NCBI GenBank assembly: GCA_007130885.1
Contig: SLRQ01000042.1
Coordinates: 1,232-65,231, forward strand
DNA: 64,000 bases
DNA from: Deltaproteobacteria bacterium
GTDB taxonomy: Bacteria; Myxococcota; Myxococcia; SLRQ01
Direction of reading: 5' to 3'
Position numbers and translations under genes: made by a program. Below the pieces are notes generated by a model, which was not told the DNA's origin, did not search any database, and saw nothing but the letters and a program-made list of their open reading frames with translations. Shown one piece after another: positions 38,328 through 48,931 of the stretch; the first letter of the stretch is position 1, and every line of letters begins with the position of its first letter.

Positions 38328-39269
38328 ATGAAGCTGAAGAGAGGCTCTCGGATCATATATCGGAGCCACGGCATACACCGCGTCAAGGGGTTCGAGGAGA
38401 TGGACTTCGGCGGAGAGACTATCTCCTTCGTCACTCTGATTCGGGAACGAGACGGTTCGACCATAAGAGTGCCCGTGGAACGAATGAAGGAACGCGGCAT
38501 CAGGTCTCTATCAGATAGCGAAGAGGCGACTGATGCCCTGGAACATCTCGGGAGGTTGCCGGACCATCCGGATCAAGATTGGAAAAGCCGCCAGCGCGAG
38601 CACATCGACAAGATGACAGCCGGTGGCCTGAGGGGATTGGCGGAGGTCATGCGAACTCTTCACGCTCTTGCTTTGATAAGGCCTCTGCCACAGAAGGAAC
38701 GTCGGCTCTACGAGGAAGTAAGAGTTCTGCTGGTCGACGAAATAGCCGAGGCCCTGGATCTTTCGCCGGTAGCAGCGGAGGATCAGATCGATCTCGCGCT
38801 TACTCCGCCGGGAATGAAGACACGGCCACCCGAATCAGTCCCGACGGAAAGCGAGGGAATCGAAGATACGCATCTGCTCGAAGAAGAAGCGCCTCTCGCT
38901 TTGCCGGCCGTCAAGACACCCGCCGAAGAGCTGGAGACCGACAAACAAAAGAAACCTCCAGCGCGGAAGGCCACCGCTTCGAAGAAGGCGGAAAGCAAGA
39001 AGAGCACCACGAAGAAGGCCCCAACACGAAAGAAGACTGCCTCGAGGAAAGCTCCGGCACGCAAGAAGACTACCTCTAAAAAGACTCCGGCACGCAAGAA
39101 GACTGCCTCGAGGAAAGCTCCGGTACGCAAGAAGACTGCCTCGAAAAAGACTCCGGCACGCAAGAAAGTCTCTTCGGAGAAGACCCCAGCGAGGAAGAAA
39201 GCCTCTTCGAAGAGGGCCCCCACGGGAAAAAAGACATCCCGGAAAAAAGCCCCCGCTCGCAAGAAATGA
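38328..39269 (+). CDS. carD: Myxobacterial CarD global regulator with histone H1-like basic C-terminal tail
   Basis: CarD/TRCF RNAP-interaction domain (IIYRSHG...IRVP), conserved DWK, acidic linker, K/R/A/P-rich tail; adjacent to carG. Confidence 0.88.
   Translation: MKLKRGSRIIYRSHGIHRVKGFEEMDFGGETISFVTLIRERDGSTIRVPVERMKERGIRSLSDSEEATDALEHLGRLPDHPDQDWKSRQREHIDKMTAGGLRGLAEVMRTLHALALIRPLPQKERRLYEEVRVLLVDEIAEALDLSPVAAEDQIDLALTPPGMKTRPPESVPTESEGIEDTHLLEEEAPLALPAVKTPAEELETDKQKKPPARKATASKKAESKKSTTKKAPTRKKTASRKAPARKKTTSKKTPARKKTASRKAPVRKKTASKKTPARKKVSSEKTPARKKASSKRAPTGKKTSRKKAPARKK
38997..39260 (+). repeat. Eight 33-bp (11-aa, KKTASRKAPAR-like) tandem repeats in the CarD tail
   Basis: Units begin at 38997, 39030, 39063, 39096, 39129, 39162, 39195, 39228; e.g. 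aagaagactgcctcgaggaaagctccggcacgc. Confidence 0.93.
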
Positions 39270-39302
39270 TTTTCCAAACTGCATCCCGCGGGTTGAAGCC
39301 AT

Positions 39303-39899
39303 ATGATCCACGTCGTTACCATGGACAAGAAGACATCACCGGCCAGCAAGCCTCCTACCCGTAACAGGCAAGGAGAGACCGGAAGGCCGGTGCACAGCGA
39401 GTCTCTGAAGCTGGCACAGCAAATATGCAGACGCCTTTACCTCTGCTACGGCGTAGGCGCGGAGTACTCGGAGGGAGAGCCGCCGCAAGGCAAAGACAAG
39501 CTCGACGCCTTGGAGCTGGTTTCCAAGCCTCCACCGATTCCAACAGGTGCCGACGACAAGATCCTTCTGTTGACTCGTAAAGAGCTGCTTCTCCCCAAAG
39601 GCCCTTTGGGAGAGCCCCCTTCAGGCGGCTTCGCGAACCCGGAACGCGGCCAGGCCATCGTTACCTCGGCTGGGGTGCCTTCACCAAAAAACGGCGATGA
39701 CAATGGGGGGCCTTGGCTTGTGTACGCGGATGAGGTGGCCAGAAGAGCTGTTCATCAGATTGGCCTGCTGTTCGGTCTTCACCGCTGTCCGGATCTTCGC
39801 TGCGCCATGTCAACGCCATGGATAAGCGGCGTCCTGCCCAAGCTGTGCGACTTCTGCCGCGAACGGTCTGAGCAACCCATTCACCGCGCCAGGAGCTGA
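39303..39899 (+). CDS. carG: CarG zinc-binding partner of CarD (inactive archaemetzincin-like)
   Basis: IHVVTMD, LYLCYGVG, DDKILLLT, HQIG...C-x4-C-x-M...PW...CDFCRERSEQ; directly downstream of carD. Confidence 0.85.
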   Translation: MIHVVTMDKKTSPASKPPTRNRQGETGRPVHSESLKLAQQICRRLYLCYGVGAEYSEGEPPQGKDKLDALELVSKPPPIPTGADDKILLLTRKELLLPKGPLGEPPSGGFANPERGQAIVTSAGVPSPKNGDDNGGPWLVYADEVARRAVHQIGLLFGLHRCPDLRCAMSTPWISGVLPKLCDFCRERSEQPIHRARS

Positions 39900-39994
39900 T
39901 GCGGCACGGTCGTCTCTTACGCTCAAAGGGAAAACAGGCCTCTCAGCCCGGAACACTCACGGCCTCGTAACGGCACGCCTTGAATATCCCTGGC

Positions 39995-40672
39995 TCAGTT
40001 CACCTCTTCGGCAGTGATGATCACCTGCTGGCCCATTCCTTCCGCGATGAAGACTCCCTCGGTGCAGCCGATCGCAAGCACGGGTCCTTCTCCTCGAGTA
40101 AACTCGTGGAGTCTGACGAAGAAGATCCTGTCTTCACCGACCGCTACGTGCCCGGCTCCAAGATTGACGATGTCATCGCCGGTGTGAAGAGGGGGGAGGG
40201 GCGGCTCCAGCACTCGCAAGCGGTTGAACGCCGGATTGTGATCGACATCCGCCGTGTCATCCAACAGCTCGTGGCAGGTGAGGAGATTTCCGTCGACCCG
40301 AGCGGGATGAAACACTCTTACCGCCGCGCTTCGAACCTTGCTCGCATCGAAGCCGGCAACGTCGCTCGGCAGCTCGATCGTGGCCATGGGGTGTCCGAGA
40401 AGCGGCGAGCTTTGATCCTCGGGATCGCGTTCGCTGGAGAGCCAGCAGAGCCCCTCCACGCAAATCTCCTGGTAGGGCCTTCTGCAATCGAAACATTCGA
40501 AGCAGTCCATCTGCTCGCTGCACTGTCCTCCTCTTCCGAGATCTCCTTGCAGCCCTGGAGGCCTTTCCTCGTCGGAGCAGGAGACAAGCACCAGCAGCAA
40601 GCCAAGAACGGAAAAGGATCCTCCCCACGTGCGGCCGGCTTGCTTCGGCCGATCTCGACTCTGCCTGCTCAT
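39995..40672 (-). CDS. Hypothetical lipoprotein
   Basis: Lipobox LVS-C after a hydrophobic stretch, short Cys-rich module; downstream of the Cys-rich lipoprotein gene. Start uncertain. Confidence 0.65.
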   Translation of the reverse strand: MSRQSRDRPKQAGRTWGGSFSVLGLLLVLVSCSDEERPPGLQGDLGRGGQCSEQMDCFECFDCRRPYQEICVEGLCWLSSERDPEDQSSPLLGHPMATIELPSDVAGFDASKVRSAAVRVFHPARVDGNLLTCHELLDDTADVDHNPAFNRLRVLEPPLPPLHTGDDIVNLGAGHVAVGEDRIFFVRLHEFTRGEGPVLAIGCTEGVFIAEGMGQQVIITAEEVN

Positions 40673-40688
40673 CGATATCGCTTCCAGG

Positions 40689-42053
40689 CTACTGGCAGGT
40701 GGAAGCCTGACAGACCGAGTCACTCGTGGGGAAGCAGTTGCTGGCCACTACGTTCCCGCCCGATGTGATGGGCACGCACTGATGGCCGGCGGGACAGAGC
40801 TGTCCGTCGCCGCAGTCGATGCCCAGGTAGCCGCTGCTGGTTGATAGAGCGCAGCAAAAAACAGAAGGGTCACCGGTCGCGGAGCACCCACCCATGGGAG
40901 CGCTGCACATCGAGCAGGTATCCTCGTGCCTCTGACAGGTTCGATTGTCGGCGCCGTCCTCCCGGCAGATCTCGCAAAGCTCGCAAACCTCCGACATCTG
41001 ACAGTACTGCTCGCCCATGCCGCTTATGGCGCGACATCTACCGCCGACACAGTTCTCGCTCACGGCGCAATCGGCGCTGGAGGTGCACCCTTCCACGCAG
41101 ACGAACCGAGAGCCCTCCTCCTCGCATAGCTGGCCCGGCGGACACCTGGCGTCGTCACCCTGACAATCCGGCATGCACTCGCCTTCCTCCTGCCCCGGCT
41201 CCATCACGCACACCCGCCCGGCCTGACAATCCGCGTGCCCGCGGCACACGAGAACGGGCATGCACTCGTTGTTGGTGCAACGACAAGGGCTGGCATCCGG
41301 GTCGCAGGTGGGATCGGTCGCGTAGCAGTCCTCGTCGGTTACGCACGCCGCCTCGCAGCGCTTCGTCTCTCGGCTGCATACCATTCCGTGCGGGCAAGTC
41401 GGGATCCTGGCAACACAGATGTTTTGGACTTCGTCACAGATCTGATCCTCGCCTTCAGTGCAATCCTCATCCGTTTCGCAGTGCTGGTTCGAGTTCGGGA
41501 TGCACTCCTGAAGCTGGTCACAAGTGCCGACCGTTGGCCAGCAGGTATCCTCGCCGCCCACCCTCTGGCATGTGGCCCCGTCCGGACAGTCGTCGTTGCT
41601 GGAACAAACTTTGCCGCAGTATTCGCGGTTGTTCGTATGGTCCAGAATGCACCTGTCCGCCGGCGTTCCGCATTGCACGCTGGACGAGCAGGGGTCGCAA
41701 AAACCCAGGCGGTTGCGGCAGCTACGAGTGGCAATCTCGCAGTACTGGCCGGCTTCGCAGTCATCGTCGCTGGTGCAACCTGGAATGTCGCTCACGCAAA
41801 GACCGGTGAAGGCGTTGCAGTAGAGGCCGTGTCCACACGCATCGTCCGAAGTGCACACGCAGCGCCGAAGCTCCCGGTCACAAACGAACCCGTCATCGCA
41901 CTCTCGGTCGTCATGGCAAGTGACCCAGCGACTATCCTCGCCGTTATCCTCGTCGTTGTCGTCGCCGCTGCACGCGACCGCGCCAAGGATTAGCGCAAGT
42001 GCGGCACCCACAACGAGCAACACAGAGAAGCGAAAACGCCTAATGAATGACAT
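40689..42053 (-). CDS. Cys-rich repeat lipoprotein
   Basis: Lipobox AVA-C and a long series of CxxDxxC...C...C modules along the whole length. Confidence 0.8.
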   Translation of the reverse strand: MSFIRRFRFSVLLVVGAALALILGAVACSGDDNDEDNGEDSRWVTCHDDRECDDGFVCDRELRRCVCTSDDACGHGLYCNAFTGLCVSDIPGCTSDDDCEAGQYCEIATRSCRNRLGFCDPCSSSVQCGTPADRCILDHTNNREYCGKVCSSNDDCPDGATCQRVGGEDTCWPTVGTCDQLQECIPNSNQHCETDEDCTEGEDQICDEVQNICVARIPTCPHGMVCSRETKRCEAACVTDEDCYATDPTCDPDASPCRCTNNECMPVLVCRGHADCQAGRVCVMEPGQEEGECMPDCQGDDARCPPGQLCEEEGSRFVCVEGCTSSADCAVSENCVGGRCRAISGMGEQYCQMSEVCELCEICREDGADNRTCQRHEDTCSMCSAPMGGCSATGDPSVFCCALSTSSGYLGIDCGDGQLCPAGHQCVPITSGGNVVASNCFPTSDSVCQASTCQ

Positions 42054-42338
42054 GGCTCAACTCCCGCATCTAAAGTACTTATTTTTACCACCCGGGCGTT
42101 GACGCGGTCAATGAAGGCTTGGCCCGAGCTATCCCCTCTATCGTCCGAGTCGCTTGGTAGAGGAATTCCGAGGTATTTCGATCGCTTGGGGTTCAATCTG
42201 AAGGCGAGGAAGAGACGGGGTGCAAAGTAGGCCGTTTGAATCAGGCATCGGGCGAGTTTGCACCGTTTTTCGAGTGCGCGCGGGAGCGCGGGCATGGCGA
42301 GCGCGGGGAGTGGTGGGCGGCGGTGCGGTGCCACAGCT

Positions 42339-44972
42339 TCAGACGCGGAAGTAGCGGACCTCGGTCGCCAGCTCGGCGGCAGCTCGCTCCAGGGTCCGCG
42401 CTGATTCATCCAAGCTGTTGGCTAGTTCTGCTGCCGCCAGCGCCACGTCTCTAATGCGCGCGTTCTCCTCGTTGATATCCGCCATGTTCATGGCTTGCTG
42501 TTTCAAGGTCTCGTCCACTCGAGCGGCCGGCTTTCCCATTTCCTTAAAGGTCGCCAAAAGCTCGTGATTGCTAGCGAGCGAGGATGTTATGGCGGCGTTG
42601 ATTTGGCCGATTATGCTCGCTATTCGCTCCGTGGCTCCACGTGAGTCGGCGGAGGCACGGGCTTGGGCTTCGCCTATCTCGGCGATGCTGGAAGCCATTG
42701 CCGCGACTTTGTCGATCTCCTCGCGTACCGCCGAGACGTTGCGGGATTGGATCTCGATCGAGGCTGCGATATCACCCGCCGCGCCGGATGCCTCGTGAGC
42801 GGCGCCCACAATATCCTCGAGAGAACTCTCGGCATTCTCTGCCAGCTCGACTCCCTTCTCGACCCGCTCCTCGCCCGAGCGAATCTCTTCCACTACTTCA
42901 CGGGAGGAACGGCGAACGTGCTCCACGGTTTGCGCAATCTCGCGAGTGCTGCTGGCCGTACGCGTGGCTAGGTCGCGTATTTCCGCCGCTACGACCGCGA
43001 AACTCTTCCCATGCTCCCCGGCTCTGGCAGCAATGATGGACGCGTTCAAAGCCAGCAGATTCGTCTTCTCCGCTATTTCGTCTATTACCCCGAGCACCGT
43101 ATCGACCTTGGAAATGCGCTGCGAGAGCGCTTCGACCTTCGAGACGGCTTGGTCGGATCCTTCACGGATACGCTGAATACCTTCAACCGTGTGTCTGACG
43201 GTCTCTGAACCTCCCTTGGCCGCCGTGATGGTTCGCCGAGCAGCCTCCGCGGCTTGGCCGGCGTGCTCGCGCATTCTGCCTAGAGCATCATCCGCTGCAC
43301 CAGCGGCTCCCGTGGCGCGCTCCGCGGCCCCGGAGAGCAAGGAAACATCTTCCGCCACCAGACCGGTACCTTTCGAAAGCTCCGCCACCGCCGCCGCGGC
43401 TTCCGATGCTTCATGAGAGAGGGCGTCGAGGTCTCTTGCGATCTCGTCGAACTCCGCGTCGATCTTGGGGCCTGCCTCCGTCGCTTCCCAGTATTTGCTC
43501 AAGGTGACCTTGGCGGTCTCGGCCGCCTCGCGAAGGCTTGTTCCCAAATCTTCGTTCGCTTCAGCCACGGATGTGACAGCGGCTACCTGTGCTTCAGACC
43601 CCAGTCCGACCTGCTGAGCCTTGTCCATGGTTTCCTGACAGGTAGCTTCAATGGTTTCCGAGAGAGCCAGGACTCTTCTTACGGTGTCCGCCAACCTGGC
43701 TCTCATTATCGAAACCTCACCGGTCACCTCGCTGAACTCGTCGTTGGTGAGGATGCGCCCTCCAGGGTCCGCTAGGTCTCCGCGGGCGACCCTCGTGGTC
43801 ATTCGTGTCATGTCGGAGAGAGGTGCCTCCATGGCCCTTGCGCTGGCCCATCCCAGCAAAACGGAGAGGACGAGGGTAACGGCGATGAGCCCCCTGGTCG
43901 TGATTTGAATGGGACGCAATGTTTCAGCGATAACCTGCCTAGGAATTCGAACCAGCATCGCCGAACCGGGTTGGGACAGAGGAGCCAGCACCAATAGGCA
44001 TCGCGTGTCGGGTGCTATGAGATGACCGCCTTGGCTTGCTGCCTCCGCAACTATGCCCAGGCTGGAAAAACGCCCCAGCTGGTCGTTGGTTGCGGTTAGA
44101 ACCTCGCCGTCTTTCAGAAGGGCGACCTCGGCGGCCGAGTGAAGCGCCGTGGCCAGAGATTCAAGGGGCCGGCCCGCGCCATGTGCGGCACTCGACCAAG
44201 ACTCGCCGGGAGCGGTTTCCAGCGCTGAGTTCAAGCGCTCTAGAATATCGTCGCCCAGCTGCCGCGTGAAAAGCCTGTCGGCGTAGTAGTAGCCCACCAC
44301 GCCGGTCAATAACGCGGGGATTAGTGCAACCAGCCCGCACAGCGATGCCACCTTATGCGTAAAGCGTCGCTTTCGCCCCGGCCAGCGTTCGGCTCCCCAT
44401 CGGCTGAGTACGCGCGTAAATGGAGCTATCTGAAGCCTCACCAGCGCTCCCACGACGCCGCCCCCGAAGATGCCGAGGGCTAGGCCGAGAACGCCGGCGA
44501 GCCAGATGATGTCCACGGGCTGCTCGAATCGTACATGGCCGCGCCACGCCGTCCCGGTTCCCAGAAGGAGGCTCCAGAACACAAAGGTGCCGCCTATCAA
44601 AACCGGAAGCCGGGCGGCCTCTCTGCCGGCACCTCGAACGAGACTCTGCTCTGGTCTCGAACCGGCGGCGACGGCTTTTGAGATCAGCTTGAGCCTCGAG
44701 CTTCCCCAGATCGCGAGCAGGGTCACGAACAGCAGTGATAGGAGGCCTAGGAGCCCGTAAAAAATCTGGAGGGCGTGAATCACCTCCGGGGAGCCCATGA
44801 AGAAATGAGGAACCGCCAGCCAAGCGCCCAATGAAAGGGCAAAGCCGGCGGCGATGGGAATCCAGACCACCCTCAACCTGCGTGAGGCGAGTTCTTCGCC
44901 CAGGCTCGGGTTCGGTTTCGGGGATTCGATCGACTCTGGCTCCAGCGGGGGTTGATCGTGAGGAAAAGCCAT
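42339..44972 (-). CDS. Methyl-accepting chemotaxis protein with multi-TM N-terminus
   Basis: About 6 hydrophobic segments, HAMP, hairpin [37 protein letters not shown]. Confidence 0.92.
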   Translation of the reverse strand: MAFPHDQPPLEPESIESPKPNPSLGEELASRRLRVVWIPIAAGFALSLGAWLAVPHFFMGSPEVIHALQIFYGLLGLLSLLFVTLLAIWGSSRLKLISKAVAAGSRPEQSLVRGAGREAARLPVLIGGTFVFWSLLLGTGTAWRGHVRFEQPVDIIWLAGVLGLALGIFGGGVVGALVRLQIAPFTRVLSRWGAERWPGRKRRFTHKVASLCGLVALIPALLTGVVGYYYADRLFTRQLGDDILERLNSALETAPGESWSSAAHGAGRPLESLATALHSAAEVALLKDGEVLTATNDQLGRFSSLGIVAEAASQGGHLIAPDTRCLLVLAPLSQPGSAMLVRIPRQVIAETLRPIQITTRGLIAVTLVLSVLLGWASARAMEAPLSDMTRMTTRVARGDLADPGGRILTNDEFSEVTGEVSIMRARLADTVRRVLALSETIEATCQETMDKAQQVGLGSEAQVAAVTSVAEANEDLGTSLREAAETAKVTLSKYWEATEAGPKIDAEFDEIARDLDALSHEASEAAAAVAELSKGTGLVAEDVSLLSGAAERATGAAGAADDALGRMREHAGQAAEAARRTITAAKGGSETVRHTVEGIQRIREGSDQAVSKVEALSQRISKVDTVLGVIDEIAEKTNLLALNASIIAARAGEHGKSFAVVAAEIRDLATRTASSTREIAQTVEHVRRSSREVVEEIRSGEERVEKGVELAENAESSLEDIVGAAHEASGAAGDIAASIEIQSRNVSAVREEIDKVAAMASSIAEIGEAQARASADSRGATERIASIIGQINAAITSSLASNHELLATFKEMGKPAARVDETLKQQAMNMADINEENARIRDVALAAAELANSLDESARTLERAAAELATEVRYFRV

Positions 44973-45004
44973 CGATTTTGCGAGGCGCCGGGTCGCTCGC
45001 CGCG

Positions 45005-46831
45005 CTAGTCCGAGGAGTGGTAGTCCTCGATGATTGCACGAACCTGCTCGGCATCCGGAGCATTTGGAGCAAGCTGCAGATAGGCCTCGTAGTGACGGAC
45101 GGCATCCGAGACGCGCCCCAAGGTGGCATATGCTATGCCCAGTCCCTTGTGCGCCTGAACGTTGGTCGCATCGAGACCGATTGCCTGCCGGAATTCCTCG
45201 ATAGCCTCCTCGACTTTTCCTTCACGTATAAGACCGGAACCGGCTCGCACATGATCCCTGGAGAGTTCTCTAGGCGTGGGCTGTGCGACGGCCACCTCGT
45301 CTTTCGCCTCGGGCTCGGAGACCGGCTCGTCGGCTGGGGGAGGGGCAGGTTCTTCTCTTGCAGGTTCGGTCTCTTCCGCGGCCGAGGCAATCTCCGGCGT
45401 TGGTTCTTCTTCAGCGACCTTTTCCTCGGTTGCTGGGGCAGGCTCTCGTTCTTCGGGCGCTCGGGTCGGAACCTCTTTTTCCGTAGTCCGTGGCTCTTCG
45501 ACCTCGTCCTCGGTTTCGGCTGACGCGGCGACACGCCTGACCTCGGGCTCGGAGGGCCGGTCGGGTTCGACCGTTTCCTCCGGCTCTCTGCTTTCCTCCG
45601 CTGCTTCCGGGATTCGAGCTAACTCGCCGAGGTCTTCGAGGTCATCTTCGTGAGAAGTATCAGGCTCCTCGCTTGGATCCACACCGGCATCCAGAGGTTC
45701 TTCATCAACGACCTTGGCCGTTTCCTCCGCGGCCGTAATGTCTCGGTCCACCGCCGGCAAATCCCTATAATCATCGCCTATGATTCCCAGGAACCATAGC
45801 GCGCTGCCTCCACCGAGAAGCACCACGGCGACAGCCGTAAGGCCTACCCAACGGCGTCGTCCGCTTTTTGCGGGGGAGGCCGAGGCGGATCGTACGCCGG
45901 AGGCAGGGCGCGGATCGGTCGTGGCTTTTTCGGTTTTTCCCAGCCCCTGCAAGGGGAGCTCCTCGCGGGCCTGTTCGAAAGAGGATCCCTTCGCGGAGTA
46001 CTTGCTGTCGGCATGTCCGCCGAGGCCCGAATCACTCGGGCCTTTTTTCGCCGAGGGGTCGGATGCCAAGGATTGTTCGGAGGCTTCTATGGCGGCGCCG
46101 ATCTCGGCCGAGCGGGATCTGGCTACTTCGTCATCGGTTTTGCTCGGCACCTTGGTCTTGGTCTCATCCAGGTCAAAGTCCAGGTCCAGAGTGGGGCGAG
46201 ACTTCTTGTCTGGCTGTTTTGCCTCGGTCTTATCCTCTCGCTTCTTGGAAGGCACCTCTCGCTTCTCGGAAGGCACCTCGAAATCCAGATCCAAAGCGGG
46301 GCGAGACTTCTTCTCGGGCTGCTTTGCCTCGGCCTTGTCCTCCTGCTTCCCGGAAGGAACGTCGAAATCCAGGTCCAGAGCGGGACGAGGGGGCTTCCTT
46401 GGCTGCTTGGCTTCAGCCTCGTCTTCCGGTTTGCCGGAAGGCTTTACGGGAGGTTCGGGCTTCGGGCTCGGCGTCTTCTTGGCCGAGCCAGCCGAGGCGC
46501 CGGGCGACTTGGCCGCGTTCAGCTTGTCCAGAACGTCCCGCGTGGAGGCGTCGAGATCAACGAGCTCCACCTCCAAGGCGAAACCGGCCTTGCCTTTGAT
46601 GGGAGCGCATCTCTTGACGATTCCGTCGGATTTCAAGACGCTGTTACCGTCGCGCAACTGAAGATCCAGGCGTACCTTTATGCCGGTCTTCCTTTCTCGG
46701 CGAGTGCGAAACTTCACGCGGCTTCCATTTACGCTTCGAGAGAACCCCTCAACGAACTTGTCGATGCTCTCGAAAGGCAGCTGCACCCGCAGGCTTACGG
46801 CCTTCTCTGGGCCTGTATCATTGCCGGCCAT
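45005..46831 (-). CDS. PilZ-like (TIGR02266-type) / low-complexity / TM / periplasmic TPR protein
   Basis: N-terminal [15 protein letters not shown]...[10 protein letters not shown], single TM ([15 protein letters not shown]), acidic Pro-rich linker, C-terminal TPR (AHKGLGIAY...[11 protein letters not shown]). Confidence 0.72.
   Translation of the reverse strand: MAGNDTGPEKAVSLRVQLPFESIDKFVEGFSRSVNGSRVKFRTRRERKTGIKVRLDLQLRDGNSVLKSDGIVKRCAPIKGKAGFALEVELVDLDASTRDVLDKLNAAKSPGASAGSAKKTPSPKPEPPVKPSGKPEDEAEAKQPRKPPRPALDLDFDVPSGKQEDKAEAKQPEKKSRPALDLDFEVPSEKREVPSKKREDKTEAKQPDKKSRPTLDLDFDLDETKTKVPSKTDDEVARSRSAEIGAAIEASEQSLASDPSAKKGPSDSGLGGHADSKYSAKGSSFEQAREELPLQGLGKTEKATTDPRPASGVRSASASPAKSGRRRWVGLTAVAVVLLGGGSALWFLGIIGDDYRDLPAVDRDITAAEETAKVVDEEPLDAGVDPSEEPDTSHEDDLEDLGELARIPEAAEESREPEETVEPDRPSEPEVRRVAASAETEDEVEEPRTTEKEVPTRAPEEREPAPATEEKVAEEEPTPEIASAAEETEPAREEPAPPPADEPVSEPEAKDEVAVAQPTPRELSRDHVRAGSGLIREGKVEEAIEEFRQAIGLDATNVQAHKGLGIAYATLGRVSDAVRHYEAYLQLAPNAPDAEQVRAIIEDYHSSD
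46163..46435 (-). repeat. Three ~84-bp (28-aa) repeats KxEDxxEAKQPxKxxRPxLDLDF inside the PilZ-like protein
   Basis: Seen in the translation; the third copy is offset by a 7-aa EKREVPS insert. Confidence 0.85.
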
Positions 46832-47173
46832 GGTACGATTCAACCTCCAAATCCTTGCTTGGCCGAGCCCCTGCTTGAACAGATTTCCTCATTGTGGGCT
46901 CGAGGTTCGAAGCGCCAAGATGTAGCCAACACATTGAAAATGTCAGGTTTTTTCGAGTGTATACCGGAAAAGGCACACCCGCAACAAGAAGCCAAGTCGA
47001 AAAAAAGCCGGAACCTGTTGCAGTTGCTCCGTTTATCTACCATGTTGGGCTTACAGCTAGGGGCTCGTATTTACTTCAGACTCAGTATATAAATTTTACC
47101 ATAGTGAGCTTTGGTAAAGGAATTCATCGCTATTGACGGCTATAAGGCTGTTGAACCCACCGGGAGATCACGG

Positions 47174-48928
47174 ATGAACCTGAACAGAGTGCGTTTAGGA
47201 GTCGTTTTTGCAGTGAGCTTGGGGCTGGTCCTTTCCCCGACTACCTTGCTGGCCGAGGACGACGATGACCTTGGACTCGAACTCGTTCCTCTCACCAGGC
47301 CCGATGATGAAGAGCCGGTTGCGGAGGAGCCCGAGGAGGATGCGCCGGAGCCGGAGGCGATCGAAGAGCCTGCTCCGCACACCCCACCCGCTCCGGAAGA
47401 GGAGGTCGCGCCCGCTACGCCGCGCAAGGATAGGACATGGACTCCAGCTCCCGAGGTCCATTCCATCTACGACGAGTATCAGGCAAGAGTTCGTTTCAAC
47501 GCGGAGCCCGGTATCCGCTCTCCGGCCGAACAGGTCGCGCGTGTAAGTCTTTTTGGGGTGGATGTGGATGTTAGGCCGATGCACGAATGGTGGCACGTGG
47601 GCGCCGGTGGTTTTGGCGCCGCGCTGGGTAACCTGGGCGGTTTTTTCGGCGGGGGTCTCCAGGGTGGAGTACGGTTGGAATTGGTGGAGCCGATTGCCTT
47701 CGAGGCGGGTGCCATGCTGGGCGCGGGCGGCGGCAGCGGCGCACCCATCGGTTCGGGTTTCTTTGTGCGTCCAAGGGCTGGTGTGTACGTGGACCTGCAA
47801 GGCGCTGGAGGATATATCGAGGGCGGTAGCATCACTTTGTCTCAGCTTCGCTTCCCCAATGGAGACTTTGCCAGCACCCACTTGGCGGTTTCATTCGAGA
47901 TGGGCGCGGCCACGTTGATGTATCCGGGTCTTGGCGACCGCACATCACCGCGCCTTCGCGATGAGGGTTATGGAGCCAATACCCGTTCTTTCCGGTTTAC
48001 CAGTCATGGATACTTTCCGCTCGCCGGCCGATCTCTAACTTTGGCCGATGACGCGCTGTCGGACTCCAGAATGCTGATCGGTCTAGAGTATCGCGAGTTT
48101 CTCGCTCCTCGTGTGTTCGGTCTCATAGAGCCGAGAGCCAACGTGGCCGGAGGAGAGGCCGGCTTCGCCGAGCTGACGGTCGGCGCTGGTGTGTCCGTTC
48201 CGGTTGATGAGCGCGTCAGCGTGTTCGCGAGCGGTGGTGTGGGAGGCGCCGGCGGTGGTGGCGTACGAACCGGAGGAGGAATGTACGTTCGCGCCGCGCT
48301 TGGTCTGGACGTGGATTTGCCCGGTCCTTTTTCAGTGGGCGTCGATGCTGGTTTTCAAGATGCTCCTCGTGGCGGAAGCTTCACCGCGCTATCCACGGGA
48401 CTTCGACTTGGCTTGACGCAAGAAGTGGTGCGGCCGATGGCTTACTCGGTCAGGCCGCTCACCCAGGGCGACGAAGTGATGGCAGCTACTTGGCGCCTGC
48501 GCCCTTCCCATCAGTCCTTATTCGATGTGCCCGAAGGGACCGATAGCGTCGCCGCGCATCTTCTTGGTCTGAAGGCCGACTATTTTGTGAATGAGCACCT
48601 ATTCTTGTCCGCCGGGGCGGCATTTGCTTACGCCGGCCTGGATGCCACCGCCCTGTCGACCGGTACCGTCGCCTTGGGGGGGATCGGCCCTGACTGGAGC
48701 GGTGTGCGTTTGACCGGCGAGGCGCGTTTGGGAGCCGCGGGTGGAGGCGGTATTGGCGCCGGTTCGGGTCTTCTCATCCAGCCCATGGCGGGTGCCAACG
48801 TGGAGATCACGGAAGCCCTTAGCTTCGATATTCTGGGAGGCTTCGCGCTGGCACCTACCGGCGAGATGCGATCTCCAGCGGTGGACGTAGGCCTCACCTA
48901 TGCGTTTTCCACCCCGCGCCTGCGCTAA
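47174..48928 (+). CDS. Secreted Gly-rich outer-membrane beta-barrel-like protein
   Basis: Signal peptide ending LLA-E, acidic linker, three similar blocks each containing G[AG]xGGxG...GxG, C-terminal GLTYAF strand. Confidence 0.7.
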   Translation: MNLNRVRLGVVFAVSLGLVLSPTTLLAEDDDDLGLELVPLTRPDDEEPVAEEPEEDAPEPEAIEEPAPHTPPAPEEEVAPATPRKDRTWTPAPEVHSIYDEYQARVRFNAEPGIRSPAEQVARVSLFGVDVDVRPMHEWWHVGAGGFGAALGNLGGFFGGGLQGGVRLELVEPIAFEAGAMLGAGGGSGAPIGSGFFVRPRAGVYVDLQGAGGYIEGGSITLSQLRFPNGDFASTHLAVSFEMGAATLMYPGLGDRTSPRLRDEGYGANTRSFRFTSHGYFPLAGRSLTLADDALSDSRMLIGLEYREFLAPRVFGLIEPRANVAGGEAGFAELTVGAGVSVPVDERVSVFASGGVGGAGGGGVRTGGGMYVRAALGLDVDLPGPFSVGVDAGFQDAPRGGSFTALSTGLRLGLTQEVVRPMAYSVRPLTQGDEVMAATWRLRPSHQSLFDVPEGTDSVAAHLLGLKADYFVNEHLFLSAGAAFAYAGLDATALSTGTVALGGIGPDWSGVRLTGEARLGAAGGGGIGAGSGLLIQPMAGANVEITEALSFDILGGFALAPTGEMRSPAVDVGLTYAFSTPRLR

Positions 48929-48931
48929 AGT

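Noticed and set aside
46013-47092. 359-aa plus-strand ORF, and similar long overlapping ORFs (2942-3862, 21598-22608, 29495-30352, 40841-41809, 50291-51403)
   Set aside because: Antisense shadows of well-supported genes with no recognisable domains.
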